DNA from: Felis catus
Taxonomy: Eukaryota
Assembly (NCBI RefSeq): GCF_018350175.1
Contig: NC_058368.1
Coordinates: 223,326,001 to 223,390,000, forward strand
DNA: 64,000 bases
Reading direction: 5' to 3'
A program made the position numbers and the translations under genes. Below the pieces are notes generated by a model, which worked only from the letters and a program-made list of their open reading frames with translations, was not told the origin of the DNA and ran no database searches. Shown here piece after piece: positions 1-11,610 of the stretch (position 1 is the stretch's first letter; each line of letters starts with the position of its first letter).

Positions 1-407
1 TTAGGAGTACCCAAAAAGGAAAATGTATTTTATTACTATAAATATTATGTTATGGATATTTCTTGTTATATCAATCCACGTGAAAAACAAAAAACAAAAT
101 TTGCTGGAAAGGAAAAGATCGGGCGACTTTCATTTCCTCTTGGGTCGCCTCATCTAGTAAAAGATGAAGCCTTATTAGGTAGATCAATTTCAGACATTCT
201 TTCTGGGCCTGGGTGCCAATGAGCATATGGTTGAGAGCTTGTTACCCATCAGGAGGCGGTAGAAGTCTGTGAAGCTATTCAAGCTGGTAGAGGTTCTGTG
301 GAAATTGGTATCTGTTCTACTGTTTCTAGTATTGGTGGACAAATATAAATTGTTATACCCAAGGATGTGGTTCTCTTATTCCCTATCTGACCTGACCCCC
401 TCACTTG

Positions 408-648
408 GTCTTGTCTTGTCTTGTCTTGTCTTGTCTTGTCTTGTCTTGTCTTGTCTTGTCTTGCCCTGTCTTGTCTTTTCCTTTTTTCTTTTCTTTTCTT
501 TTCTTTTCTTTTCTTTTCTTTTCTTTTCTTTTCTTTTCTTTTCTTTTCTTTTCTTTTCTCTTTTCTTTTCTCTTTTCTCTTTTCTCTTCCCTTCTCTTCT
601 CTTCTCTTCTCTTCTCTTCTCTTCTCTTCTCTTCTCTTCTCTTCTTCC
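408..648 (+). repeat. Compound pentanucleotide microsatellite (CTTGT)n-(CTTTT)n-(CTTCT)n
   Basis: Three consecutive 5-mer arrays read directly, differing at one position of the unit. Confidence 0.97.
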
Positions 649-1369
649 TTTATGAGAAATTCTAACTTAATTGTACAGATTTCTTCCAGTCACCTGTCTC
701 CATGTACATACATATGTCCTTATAAAAATACAAATATAACTGATTTTTAAGACTGCAAAGTTCAACGATCCATATGTGCTTAGAATAGTACGTGTTGTCC
801 CATTACTTTAATTTGTTCAAGAAGTGAATTTATGTCTCGCATTTACAAATACATTCATATGGAAACAGCTATGTATTTTCATAGCACTTAGGAATAAAAA
901 ATAGAATCATTACAATTACTATGAGTAGGAAAAGGAATTCCTCCAAAGAACTGAAAATTATGAACTTAGACCTTCTCTGACACAGAAATGTCAGCAGTTT
1001 TGTCATTAGAAATAATTAGTATTCATGCAATGGAGTTTTTGTATTAAAATAGTATTCTTATAGATGTATTATGTAAGTTTATTTTAAATTATCCTTGAGC
1101 TCTTGAATATAATCATATATACAGTTATATTTCACACTATAAAACAGCTTTATTAGACATTTGATTAGGGTTAAGCTCCTAAGTATTTTTATATACCAAC
1201 TTCTTATATATTTTTATGATACTTTTCTTAATATTTTTAATCAATGATTGAGTTAATATGAAGGTATTTATTTTGTTGACAGTAGTCAATATATATTGCT
1301 CACTACTAAGATGCTTATATGTGGCTGTGACCATGATCAAAGGACTATTTCTAATGGTAAATAGTATAA

Positions 1370-1370
1370 G

Positions 1371-1414
<44 letters not shown>

Positions 1415-1592
1415 TATATATGTGTATGTACATATATATGTGTATATATATATACACATACATATATATACACATATATGTATAATATATATACATACAT
1501 ATATACACATGTATAATATATACACATCATTATACATGCGTATAATTACATATACATATATGTATAATTGATAATTCATAATATATATATTT
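1370..1592. repeat. (TA)n/(CA)n/(TG)n low-complexity microsatellite
   Basis: Alternating purine-pyrimidine tract read directly. Confidence 0.95.
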
Positions 1593-2311
1593 TTTTCTGA
1601 TGGTAATGGCCATGAAAATCAGATACCATAACTAGCATGAATATATCTCATGTATTGGATCTCTAGGAATTGTTAAATACCTTTATATATCTCATAGATG
1701 TAAAGATTTTAAAAATAATTGAAGGATTAGAGTAAGAAAAATATTATAGCACACTGGTTAGAAAGTAAGTCCTTTTCTCCTGGAACAAATTATATAGTAA
1801 TGTCTATATAATTTTAAAACAGTAGTGTTTTTTCTTTCCAAAAATCATATAAAAACTTGATGTTTACATGAAAAATGCAGATTGAACCCCATTATGAGTG
1901 AGACTATAATTTTATATAAGATACCACACAAATTCTAAAGTTTATGCCATCCATAAATACCTGTCATTGGAGTAGATTCAATGTCTTCATGAGATATCAG
2001 TAATTAGTGAGTACAAAGATTTGAGTTACAGCTTCTTTGCTTATTATCTGTATTACGTTTGGCAAGTCTCTTTAATTCCCTGTGTTTCTATTTCCTTAGA
2101 GGTGAAGCTGAGAAATATTGTTTGGTAGTTCTGTTACTAATTCAAGTATAAAGTTTTATTTATGGTTTAGATCATGGGTAAGTTAGGCTACAGTCTGTGT
2201 GCCAGATTGAGTCTGTGCACATTGTGGTATTACCTGCATAGTAAGCAAGTTTGGGTTTTCTGTTAGTTTTCATTTTTAAATTTTGGAAAAAAATTTTTAA
2301 ATAATGTCTGT

Positions 2312-2432
2312 GAGGTGTGCCTGGGTGGCCTAGTTGGTCCAGAGTTAGATTTGATTTCAGCTCAGGTCATGATCTCAGGGTTGTGAGGTTGAGCACCGCA
2401 TCAGACTCTGCTGATCATGAAGCCTGCTTAAG

Positions 2433-2481
<49 letters not shown>

Positions 2482-2510
2482 ATCCTCACTTTTGAATAAA
2501 CAAATAAGAA
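2312..2510 (+). mobile_element. Can-SINE (older, diverged)
   Basis: gcctgggtggc head, ctcaggtcatgatctc core, (CT)n tract, A-rich tail. Confidence 0.9.
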
Positions 2511-2570
2511 ATGATTTTTGCGATATGGAAATTATATGAAATTCAAATTTCAGTTTCCATGACTAATGTG

Positions 2571-2796
2571 TTTTATTTTTAAGTTTATTACTTTATTTTG
2601 AAAGAGACAGAGAGAGACAGAGAGAGTGAAAGCACAAATGGGAGAGGGGCAGAGAGAAGGAGTCAGAATCCCAAGCAGTCTCCATGCACCATCAGCACAG
2701 AGTTCCATGTGGGGCTTGAACCCACAAACTTCGAGATCATGACCTGAGTCGAGATCAAGAGTCTGACTCTTAACCAACTGAGTCACCCCGGTGCCC

Positions 2797-2797
<1 letters not shown>
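2571..2797 (-). mobile_element. Can-SINE
   Basis: Reverse-complement SINE ending gtgcccc; tail-to-tail with the preceding copy. Confidence 0.93.

Positions 2798-2799
<2 letters not shown>

Positions 2800-2851
<52 letters not shown>
2800..2851. repeat. (TG)n microsatellite
   Basis: About 25 perfect TG units. Confidence 0.98.
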
Positions 2852-2853
<2 letters not shown>

Positions 2854-3448
2854 AATGCAGCTACGCTTATGCATATATGTATCAGATATGGCTGTTTTCA
2901 ACCAAAAGTGGTAGTATTAAGAGGTGGTCAGAGAAAGTATGGCTCACAAAATCTAAAATATTTACTAGTGGCATTTTCAGGTAATGTTTGTGGATTCCTA
3001 TTAAGATGCCTGCTGCACCTAGCATAGTGTGAATACTTTAGGAGATCGTGGGACTATTTCATCTTTGTACATATGTATCTATCTTCTTGGCTATTGTAAT
3101 GATCAAATGGTAATTCACAGAAAGTGCTCTATAAACCATAAACTTGTATATCCATGTTAATGGTTGTGATAATTATTTCAAATTATTGAAACAGAAATCT
3201 TTCTCGTTACTCATTGCTTTTATGAAAGAGAGAATTTTGAAAGTTTCATTTCACCATTTACACTGGGGACCACTCCTCCGTAGATATTTTAATGAATGTT
3301 TATTAACTCTGGTTTCATTTTTATTGTTGCTGTTGTATTGCTGTTGCGTGCAATAATATAATGAATGTTTTTCTACACACATTTAATATACATATATCCG
3401 TGGAAAAAATTTCCAAACATGAGATTCTGATTCAAAGATAAATGTTTA

Positions 3449-3732
3449 GGGGCACCTGAGTGGCTCAGTCGGCTAAGTGGCTGCCTTCGGCTCAAGTTAT
3501 GGTCTCACTGGTTCCAGGCCCACATCAGGCTCTCTGCTGTCTGCATGGAGCGCACTTGGGATACTCTGCCCCCCTTTGTCTCTGCCCCTCCCCCTCTTGT
3601 CCCTTTGTCTCTGCCCTTCCCCCACTTGTCCCCTCCCTCCCTCCCTCCTTCTCTCTCTCTCTCTCCCTCTCCCTCCCTCCCTCCCTCCCTCCCTCTCTCT
3701 CTCTCAGAAATAAATAAATAAAAAGTAAAACA
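3449..3732 (+). mobile_element. Can-SINE with expanded CT/CCCT tract
   Basis: ggggcacctgagtggctcagtcgg head; TSD aaagataaat(g/c)tt on both sides. Confidence 0.92.
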
Positions 3733-4229
3733 AAAGATAAATCTTGAATTTGGGTAGGTATTACTAGATCCCCGTCCATAGGTATTGTAGTATATTCTGC
3801 ATTTCTCTCCATGATGTAGAAAAGTGACAATTTCTCTATAGCAATGCCAATAAGATGGGATTGTAAAACTTGGAATTTTGCAATTATAATAGGTGAAAAA
3901 TAGCATCTCTGTGTGCTTTTTATGTACATTTATCTTATTATGAGTCAAATTGATCATCTTTTCCTATTTGAAGGATGCACATTTATACATTTATTTTTTA
4001 CTGACTGTTCATGTCTCTTAATCTTATATTGTTTTGTTGGACTCTAACTTATCAATACTAATAGTTCTTTACATAATAGGTGCAATAATTTCTTGCCAGT
4101 TATATGGTATGAATAGTTTTTTTTTCAAAGTTACCATTTGTCTTTGGACTTCATTTATAATTACTGCTTTATAAAAATTTATTATTTTAATGCAGTGATT
4201 TCTGGTATTTTTTGTTCTTTCCCTATGTA

Positions 4230-4585
4230 TTTTTTTTGTTGAAGTACAATTAAATACTTATATTAGTTTCAGGGTTACAGTATAATGATTCAGTGGTTCT
4301 GTGCATTACTCAGTCCCCAGCCTGACAAGAGTACTCTTAATCTCTTTTATTTGACACATCTCTCCACCTACCTCTCCTCTGGCAACTGCCAGTTTTCTCT
4401 GTATCTAAGAGACACTTTATCATTTGCTTGTTGGTCTCTTTTTTTCTTTTCTTTTCTTTTTAACTTTACATATGAGTAAAATCATATGATGTATTTCTCT
4501 TTTTGTTTGACTTAGCATTATAACTTCTAGGTCCACTCATGTAGTTGCAAGATCTCATGGCAAGATCTCATTCTTTTCTGTGACT

Positions 4586-4628
<43 letters not shown>

Positions 4629-5222
4629 ATACCATATCTTTTTTTATCCATTTATCATATCAGTGGACACTTGAATCGCTTCCATATCCTGGCTATTATA
4701 AATAATGCTGAAAAACATATGGGTGCATATATCTTTTTGAATTAGTGTTTTGTTTCCTTTGAGTAAATACCCAGTAGTGCAATTATGGGATCATGTGGTA
4801 ATTCTATTTTTATTTTTATTAATATTTATTTATTTTTATTTTGAAAGAGAGAGAGAGGCAGAGAGAAGGGGAGAGAAGGGGAGGGAGAGGGAATCCCAAG
4901 CTGGCAGCACAGAGCCTGACACAGGGCTCGGTCTCACAAACTGTGAGATCATGACCTGAGTCGAAATCAAGAGTCTGAGGCTTAAGTGACTGAGCCACCC
5001 AGTCTCCCCGGTATTCTATTTTTAATTTTTAGGAACCTCCATACTGTTTTCCACAGTGGCTTCACCAATTTACATTCCCACCAACACTGCAGGAGAGTTC
5101 CCTTTTCTCCAAATCCTTGCCAACACTTCCCATTTCTTGTCTTTTTGATTCCAGCCACTCTGCCACATCTAAGGCATTAACTCATTACACCTGTCAGAAT
5201 GGCTAGAATCAGAAAGACAAGA
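4230..5222 (-). mobile_element. 5'-truncated carnivore L1 3' fragment with terminal fold-back, interrupted by a SINE and (TG)n
   Basis: Antisense 3'UTR/ORF2-end motifs (aggaacctccatactgttttccacagtggc, tacattcccaccaaca) match the full-length L1 at 42500-42700. Confidence 0.88.
4811..5009 (-). mobile_element. Can-SINE inserted in L1
   Basis: gagatcatgacctgag core; TSD ggta(a)ttctatttt. Confidence 0.92.
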
Positions 5223-7245
5223 GATTCCTAGCATGTTTTTGACTAAAGCTGTATTTTTAAACTTAGAGTCTTCTGAAATTTGAGGATATGGTGTTCAGAA
5301 TTAGTGACAGTAGATAAAAAATATATTCTTTAGACCTTAACATCTATAGTTTATCACACATATTAGAAAATATTACTTATTGAATAAAAAATGGTGTCAA
5401 AGTAGAAATGCTTATGGTAGAGACCAGAAATTATAATTCTGAATATATTTGAATTTCTGTTTCCTTAGCCACTTGAAATTGGTTGTTTTAAGTCTACCTC
5501 TCATATTTGCCTATAGATTATATCCTTAGATATGCAAGGTTATAATTGCAAAGTATATTGACTCTCACTAATATATATTAGGAGCATTTAGTGTATGTAA
5601 TAGGTAGAATTTAATTAAAAATACCCACTGCAAATAATGTCTTAATCCACAACTGTTCACAATACACTTCATATATTTCCAATGGTAACTGCTTGTGCTT
5701 AGCTATTGTTCTGCTGCATATATACATTTTATTTTCACTTGAATAACATTAGAGAAGTTTATTTCTTTACCCAAGCATTTTTGTATGAAAACAAAGGAAG
5801 TTCTAATTTCCTGGGATATCTGTAAGTGGATTTTTTTTACCTGGCATTGTTTGATAATAAAAGGGAATGGAATAAAACTCATAAACAAAAAGTAAGAGAC
5901 TGAACTGTATGTTTTTACCTAGCAGTGCATTATAGGCTAAGCTATTTAATCTATTCACAATTTTATGTTTAGGTTTATGGCTCTACTGACATTAAAGATA
6001 CTTTTGATAATAAAGGTTAAAAACTTAAATTTTTTTCAGAATAAGCAAACGAATTATGTTCTCCATCTTACATTTCCTACAGTTTTGGTGTATCTGCTTA
6101 TAACTGTTATAATTTTTCTAGATAATAACCATAACACAGAGAAGCTATTGCTTACATCTGTTAAGGATTTAGTTACTAAAATTCTGCCACGCTCTCCCTC
6201 CTCCCTATCTGCATCCTCTCTTGAATGATGGGTATAGACTATAGACAATTATTCTCAAATTGCTTTATTAAAAACAACACACACATCAAAGATAAGGAAG
6301 GAATTCAAGGAAAATAAAGGAGCTAAGAAACCATCTTGCCAAATTTTGCAAGTAATAGAGAGCAACGATGCTCAAAATGGTTAAGTGACCTCTTCTTGTT
6401 CAGGGTATTAGCTATGGCAGTGGCAAATAAGGAATTATAGGATATCTGATTCTTTAATGAAAATCAATTTCTAATATATAGTGCAGGAAATTCTTCTCTC
6501 ATCGTCACTATTACTGGCATTATTCTAATTTTTTTTTCTTTTTGAAAAGAGAACCTTAAAACCTCTTTTAATATGAAGTGCTGTAGTTTCAAATTAAATA
6601 AATGATTTTGAGGTTAAAGAGAGAATAAATCATGTAAAAATGATAGGGAAGGTTCAAGCTTTTCACAAAAAGAATATACGATATCTTTAATGTCATTATG
6701 AGCTCTGAATTAAATATTAAGTGTGCAGCAAGGAAAGGTCCCAATTGTCATCTAATATTGTCAAGATGATAATTTTATGAACGTTTTTATCATAACTTCC
6801 TTGAAATGGAAAACCTCATGTATCAAAATATGACATTTGAATTTTATACAGATGACAATGTGATGGCATGATGTTGTGTGAAATTAATTATGGTATGCGG
6901 TTTTATATGGATATGGAACTTTTCCAATAATCATCCTGGAAATTTAACTATTTAGGTCCATACTATAAGAAATTGGGTGCATAAAAGAGGATTTTGATTT
7001 GGCATATGTTTCATTTAGGTTTTGGAAATTCAGATTTTTTTTAAGAAATATGATCTCATTAAGGTTAATTACATTTTAGAAAATGTGGTATTTTGTTTAA
7101 ATATAATTTTAAAATGTTTAAGGTAATTAAGGCATTTCTTAATGTTGCACTGACAGTTTTAAGTGTCCTAATCCATTTGCTATGACCAGAGCATATATAT
7201 TTATTCACATTGTGAACTTTAAAACAATATAAAAACGCACCCACC

Positions 7246-7248
<3 letters not shown>

Positions 7249-7291
<43 letters not shown>

Positions 7292-7316
7292 TGCGTGTCT
7301 GCGTGTCTGCGTGTGT
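7249..7316. repeat. (TG)n plus (GCGTGTCT)n microsatellite
   Basis: Read directly. Confidence 0.95.
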
Positions 7317-7532
7317 CAGTGTTCTGAGCTGATTTTCATCTTTGAGAGCTTTTGGTAATGTCAAGAGACAATTTTTGCCAGAGCTAAATCGTCTATATAG
7401 TTGGGTTCATGATACTTAAAAGGCCTAGAAAATGTTTTAATGCATTTTCAAGTCAGAATAAAATATGAAAATAAATATTATTCAGTTGGTATTATACTAA
7501 TCTTTATGTCAACACAATTATAAATAGAATTC

Positions 7533-7754
7533 TTTTTAATTTTTTTAACTTTTTTTTAATTTATTTTTGAGACAGGGAGAGACAGAGCATGAACGGGGTA
7601 GGGTCAGAGAGAGAGAGAGACACAGAATCTGAAATGGGCTCCAGGCTCTGAGGGGTCAGCACAGAGCCCGATCCGGGGCTCGAACCCACGGACCGCAAGA
7701 TCATGACCTGAGCCGAAGTCGGCCGCTCAACCATCTGAGCCACCCAGGCGCCCC
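7533..7754 (-). mobile_element. Felid Can-SINE (young, CpG-retaining)
   Basis: Near-consensus body ending gccacccaggcgcccc; short TSD tagaatt. Confidence 0.95.
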
Positions 7755-7849
7755 TAGAATTGCCCCTAGCATTTGTCATTTTAGTTGAAAAAGCAGCCCA
7801 CAAAGGAAAAACGGTCAACCACCTGTGGAAGTTTTAACGTGGACCTGAT

Positions 7850-8003
7850 TCGGGGTTGTGACCAGCAGGGATGTGGTGCTACCACTAGCGGTTCGTTATT
7901 AGAGACGAGATGCCGCTATACATTCTGTAACAGGCAGAATGCCCGGCCCCTATTAACGACAAAGAATTCTCCAGCACACCACAGCAATGCTGCCAGCATT
8001 GAT
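7850..8003. mobile_element. MER20-like hAT relic
   Basis: Motif order ggttgtgac..ggtgctac..gatgccgcta..acaaagaatt..gccagcattga follows the MER20 consensus. Confidence 0.6.
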
Positions 8004-9069
8004 CTTATATTAACGTCCTTGTGTCACATTTCTCTCGGTCAAAATGTTTTTGGATATTTTTCCGTACTGTTACCTCACTATAACGCTATTCTATATGTGA
8101 CTTTTGTCATCCACGTAGAGATGGGTGTAACCTTTTGATTTGTTTATGCAATCTGACAAGTTAGTTTTCTAAGTAATGAGTTTATTCCATTACATGTATT
8201 GTGATTTCTAATACAGTGGGACTTATTACTTGCAATTTATTTTGTATTTAATGTTCCCTGTTCTACTATAATGTCTTCTGGCATTTCTCTCTACTGGTTT
8301 AGAAGTTTTTATGTTGTATGTTTTTGATATTTGTGCTTGCTCTTAGTTGTTTGCATGTGCTCTTGACTTTGTATGTCAAAACTTAATATTTCTACTTACC
8401 TCCTAACAACAAGACATGGGATGGTCAAATTTGGGTGATGTTACTGTGTTTTCTACTTTTTATATACCTACTGTGCCAAGTTGTTTTTAAGGCACCAAAT
8501 CATTCATTATTCCTCTTGTGAGTATTAATGTTTAAAGTATATATTTATTTATATATCTAATATATGTAACAGCTCTTTACTCCCCTTTGCTTATATATCA
8601 AACTTTTCTTCTTGAGTTCAGTGACTACTTTCTGCAATATGACTGTGTCCCATTTCTTTTTCATTGATAAACTTCATTTTTAAAATTTTAATTTCACTGC
8701 AGTTAACATACAGTTTTATATTAGTTTCAATATACTGATTCAACAAATCCATACATCACCCGGTGTTCATCATGACAAGTACACTCCTGAACCCCTGTAA
8801 TATATTTCATCCATTCCCCTACCCACCTCTTCCCTGGTAACTATCAGTTTGTTCTCTATGGTTAAGAGTCTGTTTCTTGTTTTGTCTCTCAATTGTTCTC
8901 TCTCCTATTTTGGCATTGCTCATTTGTTTTGTTTCTTAACTTCAAACTATGAATTAAATCATATATTTGTCTTTCTCTGACGTACTTATTTCACTTAGCA
9001 TTATACTCTCTAGCTCCATACATGTCTTTGCAAATGGCAAGATTTCATTCTTTTTTTATGGCTGAGTAA

Positions 9070-9779
9070 TAATATATATATTATATATATACACATATAT
9101 AATACTATAATATATTGTATATTAATGCACAATATATAGCATATATATTACTATATTATTACTAATATATTACTAATTAGCAATATATTACTAAGTATTT
9201 TATATTATATTACTAATATTACTAATATTTACTAATATATATTAGTAATATATTCTACTAATATTTATTAATATATTAATTAGTAATATATGACATATTA
9301 GTAATATATATGCTATATAGTGTATATTAATATACAATATATTATTATACTTTTATATAATATGTATATATATATTATATATATTATATATATTATTACC
9401 CAGCCATAAAAAAAGAATGAAATCTTGCCATCTCAACATATATGTTGTATATTTTATTAATATATATTATTAATATATAATATATGCCATATATTATTAA
9501 TATATTAGTAATTACTATTATATTAGTAATATATTACTAACTACTAATATATTAGTAATATATTACTAACTACTAATATATTAGCAATATATTACATATT
9601 AGTAATATATATGCTCTATATTGTGTATTATTAATATATATTAGTATACTACTATATATATTATATGTATTATATGTACAATATATTATTACTCACCCAT
9701 AAAAAAAGAATGAAATCTTGCCATTTGCAATGACATGTATGGATCTAGAGAGTGTAATGCTAAGTGAAATTAGTGAGTG

Positions 9780-9814
<35 letters not shown>

Positions 9815-9963
9815 ATTTATATGCACTTATATACTATATAAATACTATAATATAGTATTTATAAAAAGTACTAGATATAGTATAGTATATAGTATAATAC
9901 TACTATATAGTATAGGATAATACTATATAGTATAGTATAATACTATATATACTATATATAGTG

Positions 9964-9994
<31 letters not shown>

Positions 9995-10630
9995 CTATAT
10001 ATAGTGTAATATATATATATATATATAGTGTAATACTATATATACTATATAGTATATATATATATACATAGTATATATAGTATTATACTATATATAGTAT
10101 TATACTATATATACTATATAGTATATAGTATATACTCTCTCCCTCTCTTTCTGCCTCTTTCCCACTCTCACTGTCTCTGTCTCAAAATAAATAAACTTCT
10201 AAAAATCTTAAAAATGAAATTACAATAGATTTCTCATAAAAAAATAGAGTTCATCATACAATATATCAGTAATAAATCAATAATGGAAAAACTCATTACA
10301 TTCCTATACACACAAAACAACGATTTGTGTGTATATACTATAACTATATATACTATACAGTACTATAATATATTATAAATATTATACTATACTTATATAC
10401 TATATAAATAAGTGTATATATATGTGTATATATATATACATATACATAGATATATTATATATACTATACAATACTATAATATACTATAAATATTATACTA
10501 TACTTATATACTATATAAATAAGTGTATATATATGTGTATATATATACATATACATAGATATACTTATATATATGTGTATATATACACACACATATATAT
10601 ACATTATATCTATGTGTGTGTATATATATA

Positions 10631-10685
<55 letters not shown>
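9070..10685. repeat. Complex AT-rich insertion with inverted, tandem and templated segments
   Basis: Inverted copies of 8988-9155 and of 11958-12151 embedded in TA-rich sequence (see findings). Confidence 0.92.
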
Positions 10686-10798
10686 CTTTATCCATTCATC
10701 TATTGATGGACACCTGGACTTGTTCATTAATTTGGCTATCATAAATAATGATGGTATAAACATTAATGTGCACGTATCGCTTTGAAAGATTGTTGTGT

Positions 10799-11011
10799 GG
10801 GGCGCCTGGGTGGCTCAGTCGGTTGAGCGTCCGACTTCGGCTCAGGTCAGGATCTCGCGGTACGTGAGTTCAAGCCCGCGTCGGCTCTGGGCTGACGGCT
10901 CAGAGCCTGGAGCCTGCTTCCCATTCTGTGTCTCCCTCTCTCTCTGCCCCTCCCCTGTTCATGCTCTGTCTCTCTCTGTCTCAAAAATAAAATAAAATGT
11001 TAAAAAAAAAA
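10799..11011 (+). mobile_element. Felid Can-SINE (young)
   Basis: Perfect 15-bp TSD gaaagattgttgtgt at 10784-10798 and 11012-11026. Confidence 0.97.
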
Positions 11012-11610
11012 GAAAGATTGTTGTGTATTCTTTAAATATCCATAGTGAGATTACCAGATTGGAGCATTTTTCTATTTTTAACTTTTTGAGGCACTTGCTT
11101 ATTGTTTTCCACAGTGGCTGCACCAGTTTGTATTCCCACCAGGAGTGTAAGAGGGTCCCTTTTTCTCCACATCCTCACCAACCCTTGTTGTTTCTTATGT
11201 TTTTAATTGTAGCCATTCTGACAGGTGTAAGGTGATATCTCATTGTAGTTTGGATTTGCATGTTCCTGGTGATGAGTGATGCTGAGTGTTGCCAATGAAG
11301 GCTTCAGAGGCATTACTGCCTGCTCTCTCCTAGGAGTTTTGTGGTGAACTGATACAGTTCATAAAGTTTAACATGGATACCTTTACAGCAATCCTGAGCA
11401 ATACAAAGAACTTAGGATGTTTGAACACTCTTTGCTCTTCACTTTTGATATTACCATTGTTTAATATCTTTTTCCTCATTAAAAAAAAGTACTTTCTAGG
11501 TTTTTCTTGATTACAATTATTCAAACATCAGATTTTGCTTGGATTAATTCAGGTTTATCAATACCTATGTTCTCTACTGCTTCCACCCTTCTTCCTTCTG
11601 GTTTGATTTT

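Larger units (their letters stand above)
2172..3000. mobile_element. MER58-like hAT-Charlie DNA transposon relic, interrupted by two SINEs and (TG)n
   Basis: Motifs 'aaattatatgaaattcaaatttcag' and 'tatggctcacaaaatctaaaatatttactagtggc' resemble the MER58 consensus. Confidence 0.7.
8690..11290 (-). mobile_element. Carnivore L1 3' fragment split by a ~1.6 kb AT-rich insertion (about 9070-10685) and a SINE
   Basis: L1 antisense sequence runs to ..ttatggctgagtaata (~9071) and resumes colinearly at ctttatccattcatctattgatggaca (~10686). Confidence 0.9.

Noticed and set aside
269..750. Overlapping 86-128 aa ORFs rich in F/S/L
   Set aside because: Translations of the pentanucleotide microsatellite
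1179..1579. Y/I/C/H-rich ORFs (also near 10422-10785, 36194-37379)
   Set aside because: Translations of (TA)n/(TG)n tracts
6852..6892. Possible AG..GT micro-exon
   Set aside because: Stop codons in all three frames and a weak pyrimidine tract
9150..9610. Regularly recurring short palindromic units resembling a CRISPR-like array
   Set aside because: No constant repeat with unique spacers, eukaryotic context, no cas genes; low-complexity fold-back DNA
10799..10880. tRNA-like A/B box sequences
   Set aside because: tRNA-derived SINE heads followed by CT tract, A tail and TSD; not tRNA genes
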